Assembly: GCF_009914755.1 (NCBI RefSeq)
Contig: NC_060928.1
DNA: 64,000 nt
Direction: 5' to 3' (one strand)
Source: the human T2T-CHM13v2.0 reference genome, Homo sapiens
The notes below the pieces were generated by a model, which made no database searches, was not told where the DNA came from, and saw only the letters and a program-made list of their open reading frames with translations. Position numbers and translations under genes: made by a program. Positions 13,785 to 28,062 of this stretch are shown here, piece after piece (position 1 is the first letter of the stretch; each line of letters opens with the position of its first letter).

Positions 13785-14265
13785 TGTTAAGGAAAAAATT
13801 ATTCATGACAATTGTTAAAGATGGTAAGGAAGACACTTGTTACAGATAGGTACAGGGAGCACTGCAATGGAGTCTTGCAGTTGGGGAGAGAGATTGGGCT
13901 CTACTCTATATACTACAAGTAAAAGCGGGAATTTATAGACAAGGATGTGGGTGTGGTTGGTGGATGGAAAATTACTAGGGGGCAACATTAGGAATAAGAG
14001 AGGATTCTGGCCAAACTGACCTAACAGGATTCTTGTTGAAGGCAGGCCAGGGTGATCAGACATCACCTGGAGGATGGTGAAGGATGAGGAACCTAATCAG
14101 ATATGAGGATGATCAGATAAGGAGAATGGCTGACTTGACTTAGTAGGACTCTTGCTAAAATTGGACAACGTAGAGACAAACAAGGAAGTCCAAAAGTTGA
14201 GGAATAGTTGAAAAAGAACATGGAATAGCTTGAGTGGAGTTTGATCAATGAGAGAATCTTTGTCA
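13785..14265 (-). mobile_element. MER31-like ERV1 solo LTR
   Basis: TGTTAAGGAAAAAATTATTC...GCAGTTGGGGAGAGAGATTGGGCTC...TTTGTCA with TG...CA termini. Confidence 0.65.
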
Positions 14266-14332
14266 ATATTTTCTGACACCTGTATCTGAAAATATCAAAT
14301 AGTTACTTATATTAGGCCCATTTAGAAAATCA

Positions 14333-14524
<192 letters not shown>

Positions 14525-15235
14525 TTAGTACTAGTATTGAATTAGAAAATTTAATATAAGAAAAAAATTTAAAAAGCTGTTAGAAGACCTTAAGGAGCCA
14601 CCAGGGGAAGATAAATTATCTGGTGTTGTAAGTTGCCACTGTCCCTAGGCTTAAGTTCCAAAGACAGGAGCCCAAGAGCTGGAACCACCAAGCCTGACCT
14701 AGAACTTTAGAGGCCTTGCTGTAAACGGGGAACTTGAGCCTTCGAGGAGAATATGCCAGAGATAGCAACAGGGCAGAGAGAGAAGGGGAGAAATACCTTG
14801 GCTTCTCTCCTTTGTCTTCGATTTTCTGGCAGTGCCTCTGATTGGCCGAAATGGGCCAGAAATGGATTCACAAGGGATCCTGGGAAATGCTGTTTGCAGA
14901 GATCAGCTCTGTATGGTTGTCCCATACACAGCAGAGCAAAGGAGAGAGGGGGATGATTTTGAAATCAAACATGGACATAAACTGCATTGCACTGAAAACT
15001 TACCACAATATACAATAGCACCTTGTGCTTCTCTTTCCTTCTAGTGCCACCCTGAAGAAGCAAACACTTTCAAGTCTTTCAGCTGATTATTCTATAGTTT
15101 TATTTATATTTCTAAATATGAATTCTGTATTGCTATTTGGTGATTTTTCAAGCTTAAATTAACATTAATTTTCTATGATGGTGGATATAGGTTTAGTTTT
15201 TTTATTTTCTTCCTTATTCTTGCAATAGAATTGTA

Positions 15236-15912
15236 TCTTTTTTTAATTTTAAATTTTATGGATATGTAATAGTTGCACATCTTTATGGGGTACATGTGAT
15301 ATTGTGATATAAGCATACAGTGTATAATGATCAAATCAGGGTTGTTGGGATGTCCATCGCCTTAAGCGTTTGTTTCTTTGAGTTAGTAACATTCTAATAC
15401 TACCCTTGTAGTTATTTTGAAATATACAATACATTACTGTTTAGTCACTGTGTTGTGCTACTGAACACGAGAACTTATTCCTTCTAATTGTATTTTTGTA
15501 CATTGACCAACCTCTCTTTATCCCTTCTCTCCACTTCCTTTCCCAGCCTCTAGTAATTGTTATTTTACTCTCTATATCCATGAGATTATTTATTTATTTT
15601 TTAGCTCCCACATATGAGTGAGTACATGGGATATTTGTCTTTCCGTGCCTGTCTTATATCACTTAATATCCTTCACTTCCATCCATGTCGTTGCAACTGA
15701 CTGGATTTCATTCTTTTTTATGGCTGAATAATATTCCATTATGTATACATACCACATTTTCTTTATCCATTCATCCATTGGCGGACTTAAGACACTTAGG
15801 GTGATTCCATATCTTGGCTATTGTGAATAATGCCACAATAAACATGGGAGTATAGACATCTCTTTGATTTTCTTTCTTTTGGGTATATACCACTAGGGAT
15901 TGCTGGATTTTG
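15236..15912 (-). mobile_element. L1MA-type 3' end fragment
   Basis: L1 3'UTR plus ORF2 C-terminus; the ORF at 15771-15971 reads MFIVALFTIAKIWNHPKC. Confidence 0.85.
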
Positions 15913-17069
15913 CATTGCTCTTTTTTCTCCTGGAACACATGTAATACAAAAAATAATAAATATATTCCCACTATTTTTATAATTATTTTTATGATTTAAA
16001 TCATTTCAATCACTTTATTACACTTCTTTGTAATAAAATAACAGATGTATATTTTTCCCTTGTGGATTATGTTATACATACAGTTACTTTGGGAACCAGT
16101 AAATCTGAATTTTCACTGTCTCTATTTTCAGTATCTATATGCACATAATAAATTTTGAGAAATAACTAAAACCTAAGAAGTTAAAAGTTTATTACAAATG
16201 TATCTTTTAGTGAGATAAGCTGAGCATGAGTTAAGGTGCCCAATTAAAGGAAGCTTAAATTACACCAATATTTTGAGTTGTTCCTTTGTTTGGCACCTGG
16301 AGATTTTTGTAGTAAACCTAGAAAATAGAATACTGTAAGATGTAGGATGGGTGAGGGGTATATGTCATTATTTTGTAAAGTAGGAGGAAAACAATTGTGA
16401 AAGCAGAACTGGGAAAGAACTACAGACGAATCGTTAGCCAGATCAATTCTAGGAAAGTGTACATTTGGAAGTGGCAGATCTGTAAATTAATTCCTTTAAA
16501 TCTAACCATACCTTTAATCTCTGGGAAAATCATTATGTTTTCTTGGATGTGCATATCCCAATTTGAAGATCGCTGCCTTTAAATATAAGAGAACCAAGAT
16601 TGTAGGATTGGTGAAAAGTCAAAAAAGGAGAAGGTGACTTGATAGAGGACAAGTTAGAAATCCCGACTAAGAGTTTCCTCCCTGGTACTTCTGTGTTTGT
16701 GATCTTCCTGATGTGCTTCTAGAATCTTTACCATCCACATTATTTTTCTTATTGCTACCAGGGTAATCTTAAAACAGGTCTGATCATCATAGGTGGTTTG
16801 GTTAGAAGTAAAAGTGTTAAATTGGCCTTTAAGGTATATAATTCCTAATTTTAGCTCTACTACTTACAGTCTCTAAAAACGAGTCCATTACTAAACTTCT
16901 CCTGACCTGATATTTCTTACACTGTCAAAAGAAGGAAAAAAGTTAGTTTAGTTTAGTGGTTTTCATACTTTTTTGACCATGACTCAAGGTAAGGAAGATG
17001 ATTTGCATCACAGTCTAAGTACCTATATCTACATATTATTTTATTGGAGACCTGAATTTCTTTTTAAAT

Positions 17070-17376
17070 ATTTTTTATGTATTTTATTTTATTTTTTGAG
17101 ATGGAGTCTTGCTGTGTTGCACAGGCTGGAGTGCAATGGTGCTATCTTGGCTCACTGCAACCATCATTTTCTGAGTTCAAGCAATTGTCCTGCCTCAGCC
17201 TCCTGAGTAGCTGGGATTACAGGCGTGTGCCACCACACCCGGCTGATTTTTGTATTTTTAGTAGAGACGGGGTTTCACCATTTTGGCCAGGCTGGTCTTG
17301 AACTCCTGACCTCGTGATCTGCCCACCTTGGCCTCCCAAAGTGTTGGGATTACAGGCGTGAGCCACCACATCTGGC
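17070..17376 (-). mobile_element. AluS (antisense)
   Basis: PolyT followed by GAGATGGAGTCTTGCT...GAGCCACCACATCTGGC. Confidence 0.95.
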
Positions 17377-18544
17377 TTGAATTTCTTTAAACAGAACCGA
17401 TGTATAAATGCTACATTAAGCCCAAAGCAGCCATGTTTTATTATATTACACAGTGTTAATAATGAATTGTCAGAATGCAAATTACTGTATACTAGCCAAA
17501 AGAATATCACAACTATCACATTTTAAACTTGTGTTTCTTAGCATGTATGAGGTTTAGAATTATTTAACAATGTAACTCAGTGCATTTAAATGTTGTGGAG
17601 TTAGGGAGGGAGGTTAGTTCTAAATATCTTTATAGATCTGATTTAAAGCTATGATCAGGGAGGCTGAAGTGACTAGAATTTGTGGAGCAGAATGCTAGAA
17701 GGGAAATAATTTCACAGAGAGGAAACTCTGGCAATCTGCATAAGAGTGCCCTTGAATCTCTGGCTGGGAACTGGGTACAGGGAGAAACTCCAGGAGGCTG
17801 GGGAAAGGAGTACTTGAAAGTTGAACAAGGGAAATTTGAAACTATGTTGAACAGAATAAAATTGAAAACAGTATAGCAGACTGTGTGGGATTTAAACTAA
17901 GGCAGTGTGGAGGGAAATTTATAACAAAATGCTTATATTAGAAAAGAAGAAAGCTCTAAGCTTTTATCAGAAAACTGGAAAAAGAAGAGCAAATTAAGCC
18001 CAAAGTAAGCAGAGAAAGAAAATAATAGAGTTCTGGAAACCAATGAAAGTGAAAACAGGAAAGCAATAGAAAAAAAATCAGTGAAATGAAAAGCTGATTC
18101 TTTGAAATTATCAATAAAGTTGATAAAATCCCTAGCCAAGACTGATCAATAAAAGAGAAGATACAAATTAACAGTATCAGGAGTGAAAGAATGGACATCA
18201 TTGCAAACCTTACCAACATTAAGGGGATAATACAGAGTATTGTGAATTTTTTTGCCAATAAATTTGACAACTAGGTGAAATGGGAAAAGTCCTTTAAAGA
18301 CACAAACAATGAAAGCTCACTCAAGAAGAAAAGAAAACCTAAGTAGCCCTTTCTATCAAAGAGATTTAATTTGTGATTTAAAATATTCCCATAAAGAAAA
18401 TTCTAGGCCCAGATAGTGCTACTGATGAATTCCACCAGCCTTTTAAGAAGAAATAATAGCAGGTCTACATAAACTCTTCCAGAAAATTAAAGAGGAGAAA
18501 ACACTTCCAAGTTCACTTTATGAGATGATTATAACTCTAATAAC

Positions 18545-18852
18545 AGCCAGGCGTGGTGGCTCACGCCTGTAATCCCAGCACTTTGGGAGGCCGAGGCGGG
18601 CAGATCACGAGGTCCAGAGATCAAGACCATCCTGGCTAACACGGTGAAACCCCATCTCTACTAAAAATACAAAAAATTAGCCGGGCGTGGTGGCGGGCGC
18701 CTGTAGTCCCAGCTGCTCAGGAGGCTGAGGCAGGAGAATGGCGTGAACCCGGGAGGTGGAGTGAGCTGAGATTGCGCCACTGCACTCCAGCCTGGGCGAC
18801 ACAGCGAGACACTGTCTCAAAAACAAAAACAAAACAAACAAAGAAAAAAAAA
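18545..18852 (+). mobile_element. AluY
   Basis: GACCATCCTGGCTAACACGG and GAATGGCGTGAACCCGGG diagnostic motifs. Confidence 0.95.
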
Positions 18853-19822
18853 TTCAGTAACAAAATCAGACAAAGATATCACAAGAAAACTACAGACTGA
18901 AAATCCCTCATGAATACAGATGTAAAAGTTATTTAAAATTTATTAGCAAATTAAGTCCAAAATGCATAAAAAGAATAGGTTTTGATAAATTGGCATCATC
19001 GACAGGAATACAAGGTTGATTTAACACTTGAAAATCATTGTAATATACTGCATTAAGACTCAGAATCATATAATCATCTTAGTATTTACAAAATTTAAAA
19101 GTTTTGACAAAATTCAACAACCATTTAAACTGTCAACAAATAGAATCATATAATCATCTCAGTATTTACAAAATTTAAAAAATTTTGACAAAATTCAACA
19201 ACTGTTTAATATAAAAGTTTCAACAAAGTAGGAATAAAGGGGAACTTACCCAACCTGATACAGATACCTGTAAAAATCTACAGCTAACCCTACACATAAG
19301 GTTAAAGACTGAATGATTTCATCTCAGATTGGAAGCAAGATTAGTATTTCTGTTCTTACTTCTTCCTTTTGGCATTGTACAGGACGTCCTACCTACCCAG
19401 TTAAGTAGGGCAAGAACAAGATGAAAGAGGCTTACAGATTAGAAAGCAAGAAGTAAAAGTATCTAAGAAATCTATACAATAGCTCCTAGAACTAAGGTTG
19501 CAGTTTTTATTGTCAGTACACAAAATCAATTATATTTCTGCATGTTAGTAATGAAAAATTGGAAACCAAAATTGAAAACATCATTTACTATAATGTCAAA
19601 AAAAGATGAAAAACTTAGAGATAAATTTAAAAATATATATGTATAACCTGTACACCTAAATTAGCAAAACATTTCTAAGAGAAAGAAGACCTAAAAAAAT
19701 GTAGAAAGACATAATATTCCTAGATTGGAGGTCTCAATATTGTTAAGACGTTATTTATTTTTTTTGAAAGAGTGTGGTTTTGGTATAATTCTAGACATAC
19801 CTGAAATATTTATAATTCATTT

Positions 19823-19863
19823 AAAGTAATGGCAAAAAGCACAATTACTTTTGGACCAACCTA
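19823..19863. mobile_element. MADE1 (Hsmar1 TIR) half element
   Basis: AAAGTAATGGCAAAAAGCACAATTACTTTTGGACCAACCTA resembles one MADE1 arm. Confidence 0.7.
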
Positions 19864-19911
19864 GTAGAATAGAGAGACCAGAAATATATCTACTATGTAA
19901 GTAATCAGTTA

Positions 19912-20210
19912 ATTTTTTGTTTTTGTTTTGAAACAAGGTCTCACACTCTGTCACCCAAGCTGAAGTGTAGTGGCACAATCACAGCTCACTGCAACCTCTA
20001 CCTTCCAGGCTCACTCGATCCTCCCACCTCAGCCTCCTGAGGAGCTGGGACTATATAGGCATGTGCCACCATGCCCAGCTAATTTTTGTACTTTTGTAGA
20101 TGGTTCTTACTGTGTTGCCCAAGGTGCTCTCAAACTCCTGGGCTCAAGTGATCCTCCCACCTCAGCCTCTCAAAGTACTAGGATTGCAGGCATGAGCCAC
20201 TGTGCCTGGC
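19912..20210 (-). mobile_element. AluJ (antisense)
   Basis: Diverged Alu with CTCAAGTGATCCTCCCACCTCAG. Confidence 0.9.
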
Positions 20211-20334
20211 TATAATCAATTAATTTTTGACAAAGTATTCCAAAGCAATTTAGGGAAAGCATACTCATTTTAAAAAATGGTGCTGGAAAATTAGATTTTG
20301 TTTGGACAAAATTAATCCAAAGCCTTGTCTAACA

Positions 20335-20336
<2 letters not shown>

Positions 20337-20394
<58 letters not shown>
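20337..20394. repeat. (AC)n microsatellite, about 29 units
   Basis: Read directly from the sequence. Confidence 0.97.
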
Positions 20395-20399
<5 letters not shown>

Positions 20400-20452
20400 T
20401 GAAATGAATCATAGAGCTAACCATAAGAGCCAAAACTTTAAAACCTCTACAG

Positions 20453-20745
20453 GGCCGGGCGCTGTGGCTCACGCCTGTAATCCCAGCACTTTGGGAGGCC
20501 GAAGCGGGCAGATCACGAGATTGCGACCATCCTGGCTAACTGGGTGAAACCCCGACTCTACTACAAGTACAAAAAATTAGCCGGGCGTGGTGGCGGGCGC
20601 CTGTAGTCCCAGCTACTCGGGAAGCTGAGCCAGGAGAAGTGGCGTAAACCCGGGAGGCGGAGCTTGCAGTGAGCCGAGATCGCGCCACTGCACTCCAGCT
20701 TGGGAGACAGAGCGAGACTCCGTCTCAAAAAAGAAAGAAAAAAAA
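20453..20745 (+). mobile_element. AluY
   Basis: CpG-rich, with GGAGCTTGCAGTGAGCCGAGATCGCGCC. Confidence 0.95.
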
Positions 20746-21117
20746 TTGCATAGTATTCAAAAACTTAGGAAGGCACTTTGGCAATTTTCTATAAAGTTAA
20801 ACATGCATTTACAATACAACCTAGCAGTCCCACTGCTAGGTATTTACAAGAGAAATGTATCCACAGAAAGACTTGTACTTGAATGTGTATAGTTACTTTA
20901 TTCATAATAACCCCAAAATGGAAACAACTGCAATTAATCTCCCTTTACCAGTAGTAAAGAGATAAGCAAAAGAATATTACTCAGTAATAAGGAATGTACA
21001 ACTTCTGATTTGTGCAGCAATACAGATGAAACTCAAAAGTATGAGTCCATTTATGAGAAATTCTAGAGAAGTTGAAACTAGGACAGAAAGTGTATCAGTG
21101 TTTTCTTGCAGGTTGAA

Positions 21118-21691
21118 TGTATTAATTTTCTATTACTATGTAACAAATTACCACAACAGCTTAAAACAATGCACATTTATTATTTCACAGTGTTAGTAGG
21201 TCAGAAGTCTAGGTCGTTTTTAACTGGATTCTGTGCTCTGGATCTTACAAGAGTGGTCAAAGCATCAAATGGGCTGGCCTTTTATCTGGAGGCCCTAAGG
21301 AAGAAGAATCTGCTTCTGGGTTCATTCAGGTTGTTGGCAGAAGTATTTCCTTGTAGGAGTGAGGTTCCTGTTTCTTTGTTAGCTGTCAACCAGGATCTGT
21401 TCTCTCATGTTGAGGCCCCCTCCACCTTTAAAGCAGCAATGGCACATCAAGTCTTTCTCATGCTTCAAATCTCTCTTTTTCTGTCACCAGCCAGAGAAAG
21501 CACTCTGCTTTTAAGGATTCATGTGATTACATTAGGCCCAACCAGATAATCGCCATATTTTTAGGTCAACTGCGCCATATAACATAATGAGATAATGGAA
21601 TACATATCTTGTCATATTTACAGGTTTCTATAGGGTATGAAATCTGGGGATGGGGGTGTGGGTGCACTGTGGTAGAATTCTGCCTACCACA
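21118..21691 (-). mobile_element. MLT1 LTR nested in the L1M element
   Basis: TGTATTAATTTTCTATTACTATGTAACAAATTACCACAAC...GAATTCTGCCTACCACA. Confidence 0.75.
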
Positions 21692-23448
21692 GTGAGGAAG
21701 GTTATTGACTGTGAAGGGGCACAGGAGAGCTTCTCAGGGTGATGGAAATGTTCTATAGCTTGATTGTGGTAATGGTTACATGACTGTAGGTTTGTCAAAA
21801 CTTACTGAACTGTACACTAATGGGATGAATTTTATTGATTACAACTTACACCTCCAAAGCTGGTTAACTTAAACATCCTATGTACAAAAATATTGTACGT
21901 AGGAAAATTAGCTGTCACTGAGATACTAGTGACCTCTGAATTGTTTAATTTGGATCTTACTGAACAGAAAATAGACTAAAATATAAATAGAAAAAGTAAT
22001 ATAAAATAGAAGGAAGAGTAAGGAAAACTACAGTTGCGTGTGTAAGTAGATTTAGATGAATAAAAGGGAGGAAGGAGTTAATTACTGGCTGTTCCTATAG
22101 ACCTTCTGTTAGAGTTAGATTCCCTCTACTCTGCCTTCCTTTTTGCTACCCAGGTATTCAGCCTGGGGATTATAAATCTGAATGGTCTTAGCAACATCAG
22201 CTCTAGACCTCTGTCAGATACAATAGCAATTGCGTGCAACATAGACTGTAGTGGCTATCTGTTGTCATCCATCCAGCCATCTATATATGGTGCTATTATG
22301 TGAAATAAAGACTAAAATATTGTCCTTTTGGCTCCAGTATAATAATTACTACCATAAACCTGGTGTTTCTGATATTCTTTCAGGCTGCCACTTTTCTCAC
22401 TCGCATGCCCTTTCTTTACCATTTCATCTATTCTTATGGTTTCTTATGTTTATATGTTCATGACTTGAAAATCCATTATGTCCAACCCTAAACTCTTCCC
22501 CAGGATTACCTTTTGAATCTAAATATTTACTGGGTCTCTCCCCTTGAATGTTCTGTAGAAACTCATTCATTTTATCCCAAATGGAACTCAATATTTTCTC
22601 TCAAACAAGCTCATTTTCCTATAAATACTATTTGAGTTGGTATAACAGTCCTACTACCATTCACTCTAGAAACCTGGGAACTTTCTTTACTTTCCTCTCT
22701 GCTTCATAGGTTTTGTGGACTTTACTTCTGAAAGAGTGTCATATTCATCCCCTGTTTATGCTACCACTGCCCTTGTGCAGGCCTATGTCATCTCTCCTGT
22801 GCATTCCTTCACCAGCCTCCCAATTTACCCCTTCTACTTGCAGATTAATTTACCTCAAATTCATCTTATTCATTGCCATGGTCTATTTATACCACAAGTC
22901 TGATTGTAATTTCTCTGCTTAAAACCAACAAAAGCTTTTTGCCACCTATTAGGTAAAGTCCAAATTTCTTATGTGACCTTCAAGACCAGCCATGATCTGA
23001 CCCCTGGTTCTGTCTACTTCGTACTTTATTGTGTATATTACTTGATTACTTGGTTCATAGCATTTCTTTGAAATGCATCTCATCCTCCCAACATACGCAT
23101 GAAACTTGTGCTCGTTTTTCAATATATAATAAAATGTAACCTCTCCAAGAAGCCTATTCTGCTTCCACATGGATCTTATGCTATAATATGCATATCTCTG
23201 GTTTTGCATATTTACATGTTTTGTTCTTTTTTTCTTTGGGCTTCAACTGCACATAACTGAGTTAATCTTTTTTGTTTTCTAAGTTGGCTGTCTAGCCCTG
23301 TTTCAATTATACATATATACACCTCCTTGCTCAAGTGATCATATAAAACATATATGTTTTCACACATACATTGTTTTACCAAAGTGAGATCACATTAAAT
23401 TCCTGTATTTTGCCTTTGTCACTCAAAAACACTTGTGTTTTCCTCTAA

Positions 23449-24323
23449 TGTGGTCTTGTGGTCTGTCTTTGGAGAGTGGCTATAAACACTACCCCTTCCC
23501 TGCCAGGGCTTCGGGAGATCTGGTCATGAGTGTTTACAATGTGCCTTTCACAGGATACTTCTTTATCCTGGCATATGACCTAATGCCTTAGTGTCCATGA
23601 CCCTTGATAGGTGTCCCTCTCACAGGAAACTTGTTTATACTGGCAGATGCCCTTGTAGCTCTTGTCTTACCTGTGTTGAGTTTATTCCTATCAAGATAGC
23701 CATTCTCTAGGAGAGTCCTGACCAGAAAAGAAGTTGGATTCAGGTGTAACTGGGCAAAACACACAGGATACAACTCACCAAAACACATGAAATAACAGAA
23801 GCAGTATTACTTACAAATCGAGAGAGAAGAGGGCAGCACACCTCCTATGGCCAACTGGAAGTGGGGAGCCAACGAGATATGCATATTCAACCACTGGGTG
23901 GGGAGCAAGAGACAGAGAGTGAGGGGAACCTGTAGGCCAAAGCCTTTATTGGGGTCCAGGGTATTACCTAGGTGGGTTTCCTGCAGGTAGGTCTAATTGG
24001 TGGGTTTAGAGTAAGTGGGTACATGTTCCATGAAGTCACTGTGACTGAAAGGTGGTCACTGTGGCATATCTGCACAGCCCATGCAGGCTGTGTGAGTCAG
24101 TAGGTCAAGTCAAGTGGGTTGTATTTCACTGACCACCTATAAAGAGGTGGTAACTAGGAAGCAGTTATATAAAGTAGATATCTGGATTGACCATATTGAG
24201 GAACTAGGAAGAGGTAGAAAACTGGAAACTGTCAGGGGTAACTGAGTACTGCTTCTGGAATCAGAAAGTCCAACTTATGTTCAAAGTGGATGCAGAGGTA
24301 ACATAAAATTATAGGAATTCACA
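23449..24323 (-). mobile_element. ERVL LTR (MER54/MER73/MER74 family)
   Basis: GTCCCTCTCACAGGAAACTTGTTTATACTGGCAGATGCCCTTGT core motif. Confidence 0.6.
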
Positions 24324-24651
24324 GCGAACACCCTGTAGCAATTATGTTCCTACTGATGGATATTTACTTTATTTCCTTCATTATTTACTGGTAGAACCTA
24401 ATATATCTCAATAAAAATGTACTTTTATTTCTGGAGTATAGATTCTCAGTATTGGGTTTCGGAGGTTGAAGTGTGTTTTAATTTTTAATAGTTGTTGCCA
24501 TGTTGATCTAATATTGCCAGAGGGTATAATAGTATGATTACATTATTAGCAGTGAAAGAAGGTACCTCTTCCCTTTTATCCTCACCAACAGTATTTTAAT
24601 ATTTTTGCCAGTCTGATAGAAACGAAGCAGCTTTCAAGTACTGTACTATAA

Positions 24652-25195
24652 TGCCTCTGGGTTGGAGGTCCCCAAGATCCCTCCCACCTGACAGATTTGT
24701 TGATTCTCTAGCAGGACTCACAGGGCTCAGCATATAGTTGTATGCATTGCTGTGATTTATTACAGTGAAAGGATATAAAGCAGGATCAGCAAACAGAGAA
24801 GGAGCCGGAGGTGAAGTCAGGAGGAAACCAGGCACAAACTTCCAATTGTCCTCTGCCAGTGGAGTCACACAGGGCACACTGATTTCTCCAGCAATAGATT
24901 TTGTGATGACGTGTAAAATGTTGTGTACCAGGAAGCTCATTAGAGACTCAGTGCTTAACATTTTATTGTGGGGTGGTCACTATGCATCCTCTGCCTGGGA
25001 CGTACCAAAATTCCAGATTTCCAGAAGGAAAACAGGTGTTCAGGATAAACATTTTGTTTGTGCAGTTTAGGTGCAGTGACCCACTCTTATCAGTGTGGTA
25101 GAAAGCCTCCCCAAATCTTGAACTCCCAAAGGTCAGCCCTGCAAGCAGACCACTGTAAGGATGGCAGTCTCAGGAATGCTATGTAAAGTCTTTTC
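24652..25195 (-). mobile_element. MER21-like LTR
   Basis: GGTCCCCAAGA...CTAGCAGGACTCACAGGGCTCAGCATATAG...CAGTGGAGTCACACAG. Confidence 0.7.
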
Positions 25196-25212
25196 TTTTG
25201 CTCTTTTTAAAA

Positions 25213-25690
25213 AACAGCTTTATTGAAATATAATCACATGCCATGCAATTCACCCTTTAAAAGTGTAAAATTCAGTGATTTTTAGTATATTCACAGAAAT
25301 ATATGTACATTACCACAGTCAATTTTGGAATATTCTTACTACCTCAGAAAGAAACTCTATCTTTAACGATCACCCCTCATTCTCCTATAGCCCCCACTTC
25401 TCCAGTCCTAAACAAACATTAATCTACTATCTATCTTAGTAGATTTCCTAGTTGTGGACATTTCATATGAATGGAATCATGTAATATGTGGTCTTTTGTG
25501 ACTGACTTCTTACACTTTGCTTAGTTTTTTAAATGTTCATTCATGTCATAGTATGTGTCACTACTTCCTTTTTATGGCTGAATAGTATTCCACTGTATGA
25601 ATATACATAACACATTTTGTTTATCCATTGATTGGTTGATGGACATTTGTTTGGGTTGTTTCCACTTTTTGACTGTTATGAATAATGCTC
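25213..25690 (-). mobile_element. L1MB-type 3' end
   Basis: CAGCTTTATTGAAATATAATCAC...GGACATTTCATATGAATGGAATCAT. Confidence 0.8.
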
Positions 25691-27871
25691 TGTTAGCTAT
25701 TTTCTTCACAGCCTCCCAAATATTTATTGAGAGAATAAATACAGACTCACATTTGCATTCTCGTAATAAACTGCAGTATTCTTTTCAATAGTATGTTATT
25801 CCTTTGACATATTGGTAGATTCTGTTTGCTAGCATTTTATTTATAATTTTTGTACCTATAATCATGTCACATTTGTATGAGGTTTATCATGTTTTGATAT
25901 TAAGGGTATGTTAGCTTTATGAAATGATTTGGGGTTACTTTCTATTTCATTTTCCCTTTGGCCTGCAGTGATCTAACACTAGAATTAACTGTTATTTGAA
26001 GTTTAGATAAAAATTTAACTTTGAATTTGTCTAATCCAGATGCCATTTAAAATGGGAGAACTTTTCTCTCTTTTCCATTTTCTTCTAAACTAGCCTTTTT
26101 AAGCTTTTCATTTTTTCTTGTATTAATTTTGGTAATTTGTATTTTGCTAGGAAATTACCTGTTCCTTTTTAGTTATTGCCATAAGAAATAAAGTAATATT
26201 CTTACCATTGCTTATGTGTTTGGTTATTTCTCCTTTAACAATTTCGTTAGTGTTTATGTTTCTCTCTCTCTTTTTTTTTTTTAATCTTAATCAGGCTTTT
26301 TGTAAAGATTTTGTCAGTTTTTGTAAAATTTTAGTTTGGGATTTATTTTTTCTATTGTTTGACTATAAATTGACTTGGAAATCTCCTTTCTTCTTTTTAG
26401 TATAAGGTTTCACAGTTTTCATCTTACTTCTCTTTTTTCCTACATCATGTTTGGATTCTTTGAGTTACACATCCTGTTTTTATCTGAGTTTCTCAGTCTC
26501 TAATTCTGGCAAATTCTTAATCATTTCTAGAGATATTTATTTATTTCCCTTTCTGAGAATCTTATTAGATATTGACATTTAAATATTTTAACCATGTCTC
26601 ATAGCTTTTGAGAAGTGTTTATATTTTCTACTTCCTTATTCCTTTTTTAATGCTTTGTAGAATTGCTTGACCTGAACTTGTTGCTCACTAGTATATTCTT
26701 GCCCTATATTCAATTTGCTAGTTAACCCATCGGATTTTTTATTTCAGCAGTTTAAAAAATCTATACATATCTTCAATTGGTGAATATTATGTTTGTTTTA
26801 AATTTGTGGTCTCTTTAGTCTTTTTTCTTATGGTATTGATTGTTCATTTGTTGCCTTTCTTTCATTGTGCTCATACTCTCCAAGTGTCTGGTTATATTTT
26901 TCTTAGAAGTTCCAAGTTATGAGCTAGTAATATTTGCCTGGGGAGCAGGGTGAAAGACTAGGCTTTAACATGTGTCTTTGTGTAATTTCATGGAGTAGAG
27001 GTGGGAGTGTGTGGGCTGATTCGGGGTGATGCAGTTTGACAGTTGGTGCCAAAAAGGAACTTCCTGTTGACCTGCTTAGAGGCATGATCTTCTCCAGGAC
27101 CTGCTATCCTTATTGTATTTATGCAGTGCCGGTGAGAACAGAACACACAGGGGCCTTGCAGGTCACCTAAACTTGTTACCATTTCCCAAACTGTTTGTGC
27201 TCTGGTGCTTTCCTGATATAATAATCTCCTGTACTCTTCAGATGGCACTGGAGTGGTAGCAGAGCTTTTCTGTCTCATTGCATCCTGTAGGGTAGAAATT
27301 CTCTGCCCAGAGCAATGTAAGGACTGGAAAAGGTCACAACTAGGTCTTTTCCATTTGGTAGCATTTGGCCTGCTCCATCTCTTGGTTGCCATTTCCTTAA
27401 CACTCTAGAAGCCATTGCTTTTAGTGTCCCCAAGGTTTTTCATTTATTAGACTGCTTTTTGCTTTTGTGTAATCTATAGGGTTGAGATGGAGGGAGGGAA
27501 GCAGGAATTTGAAATCTTGTGCTGGAATGGAAGCCATAATATTTTTAAATTATCTGTTTGTGTCTGTGCCCCTCAGCAAACTAAGCCCCTTAAGGGTAGT
27601 GATTTTTACATATACGCTAAAGTGTATATAAAAATAGTTCATGGGGCAGACTTGGTGTCTAATAAAGTTTATTGAAAATATTATTTCAAAAAGATTCTTT
27701 CATTAAAAATAAAAATGTACTACCAATATAGAACTTCCTTAACATTCTACAAACATGATTAAATTTATTAAAACCTTAATTTGTATGCAAGGTTTCAGGA
27801 TCATTTAGATCACTTTAGAAGAGGTTATAAACTGTAGAGTAAAATAAAAAGAAGAAAACAACTAACATAAT

Positions 27872-28062
27872 ACATTTATCCCTCAGTGGATTGGTTCCAG
27901 GACCTACAACAGATACCACAATCCATGGATACTTAGATCATTCAGTGGACCTAAAAGTTGGTCCTCCACAGCTGAGGTTCCGCATCCCACAAACACTGTA
28001 TTTTTGATCCCTGGTTCTTGAATCCACAGATGCAGAACTCGTGGATATGGACGGCTGACTGT
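27872..28062. mobile_element. MER2-like Tigger MITE
   Basis: GGATTGGTTCCAGGACC...GAATCCACAGATGCAGAAC...GGCTGACTGTA. Confidence 0.7.

Larger units (their letters stand above)
17640..21870 (+). mobile_element. Old degenerate L1M element interrupted by three Alus, a MADE1 half and an MLT1 LTR
   Basis: A-rich decayed ORF2 homology (e.g. CTAGGCCCAGATAGTGCTACTGATGAATTCCACCAG) and an L1M 3' end (GATGGAAATGTTCTATAG...GTCAAAACTTACTGAACTGTACAC). Confidence 0.75.

Noticed and set aside
21106-21549. 147-aa + strand ORF
   Set aside because: Lies within an MLT1 LTR and starts at TTG; typical repeat translation
26988-27392. 134-aa minus-strand ATG ORF
   Set aside because: No domain, promoter or splice support that I can see; likely chance or old repeat
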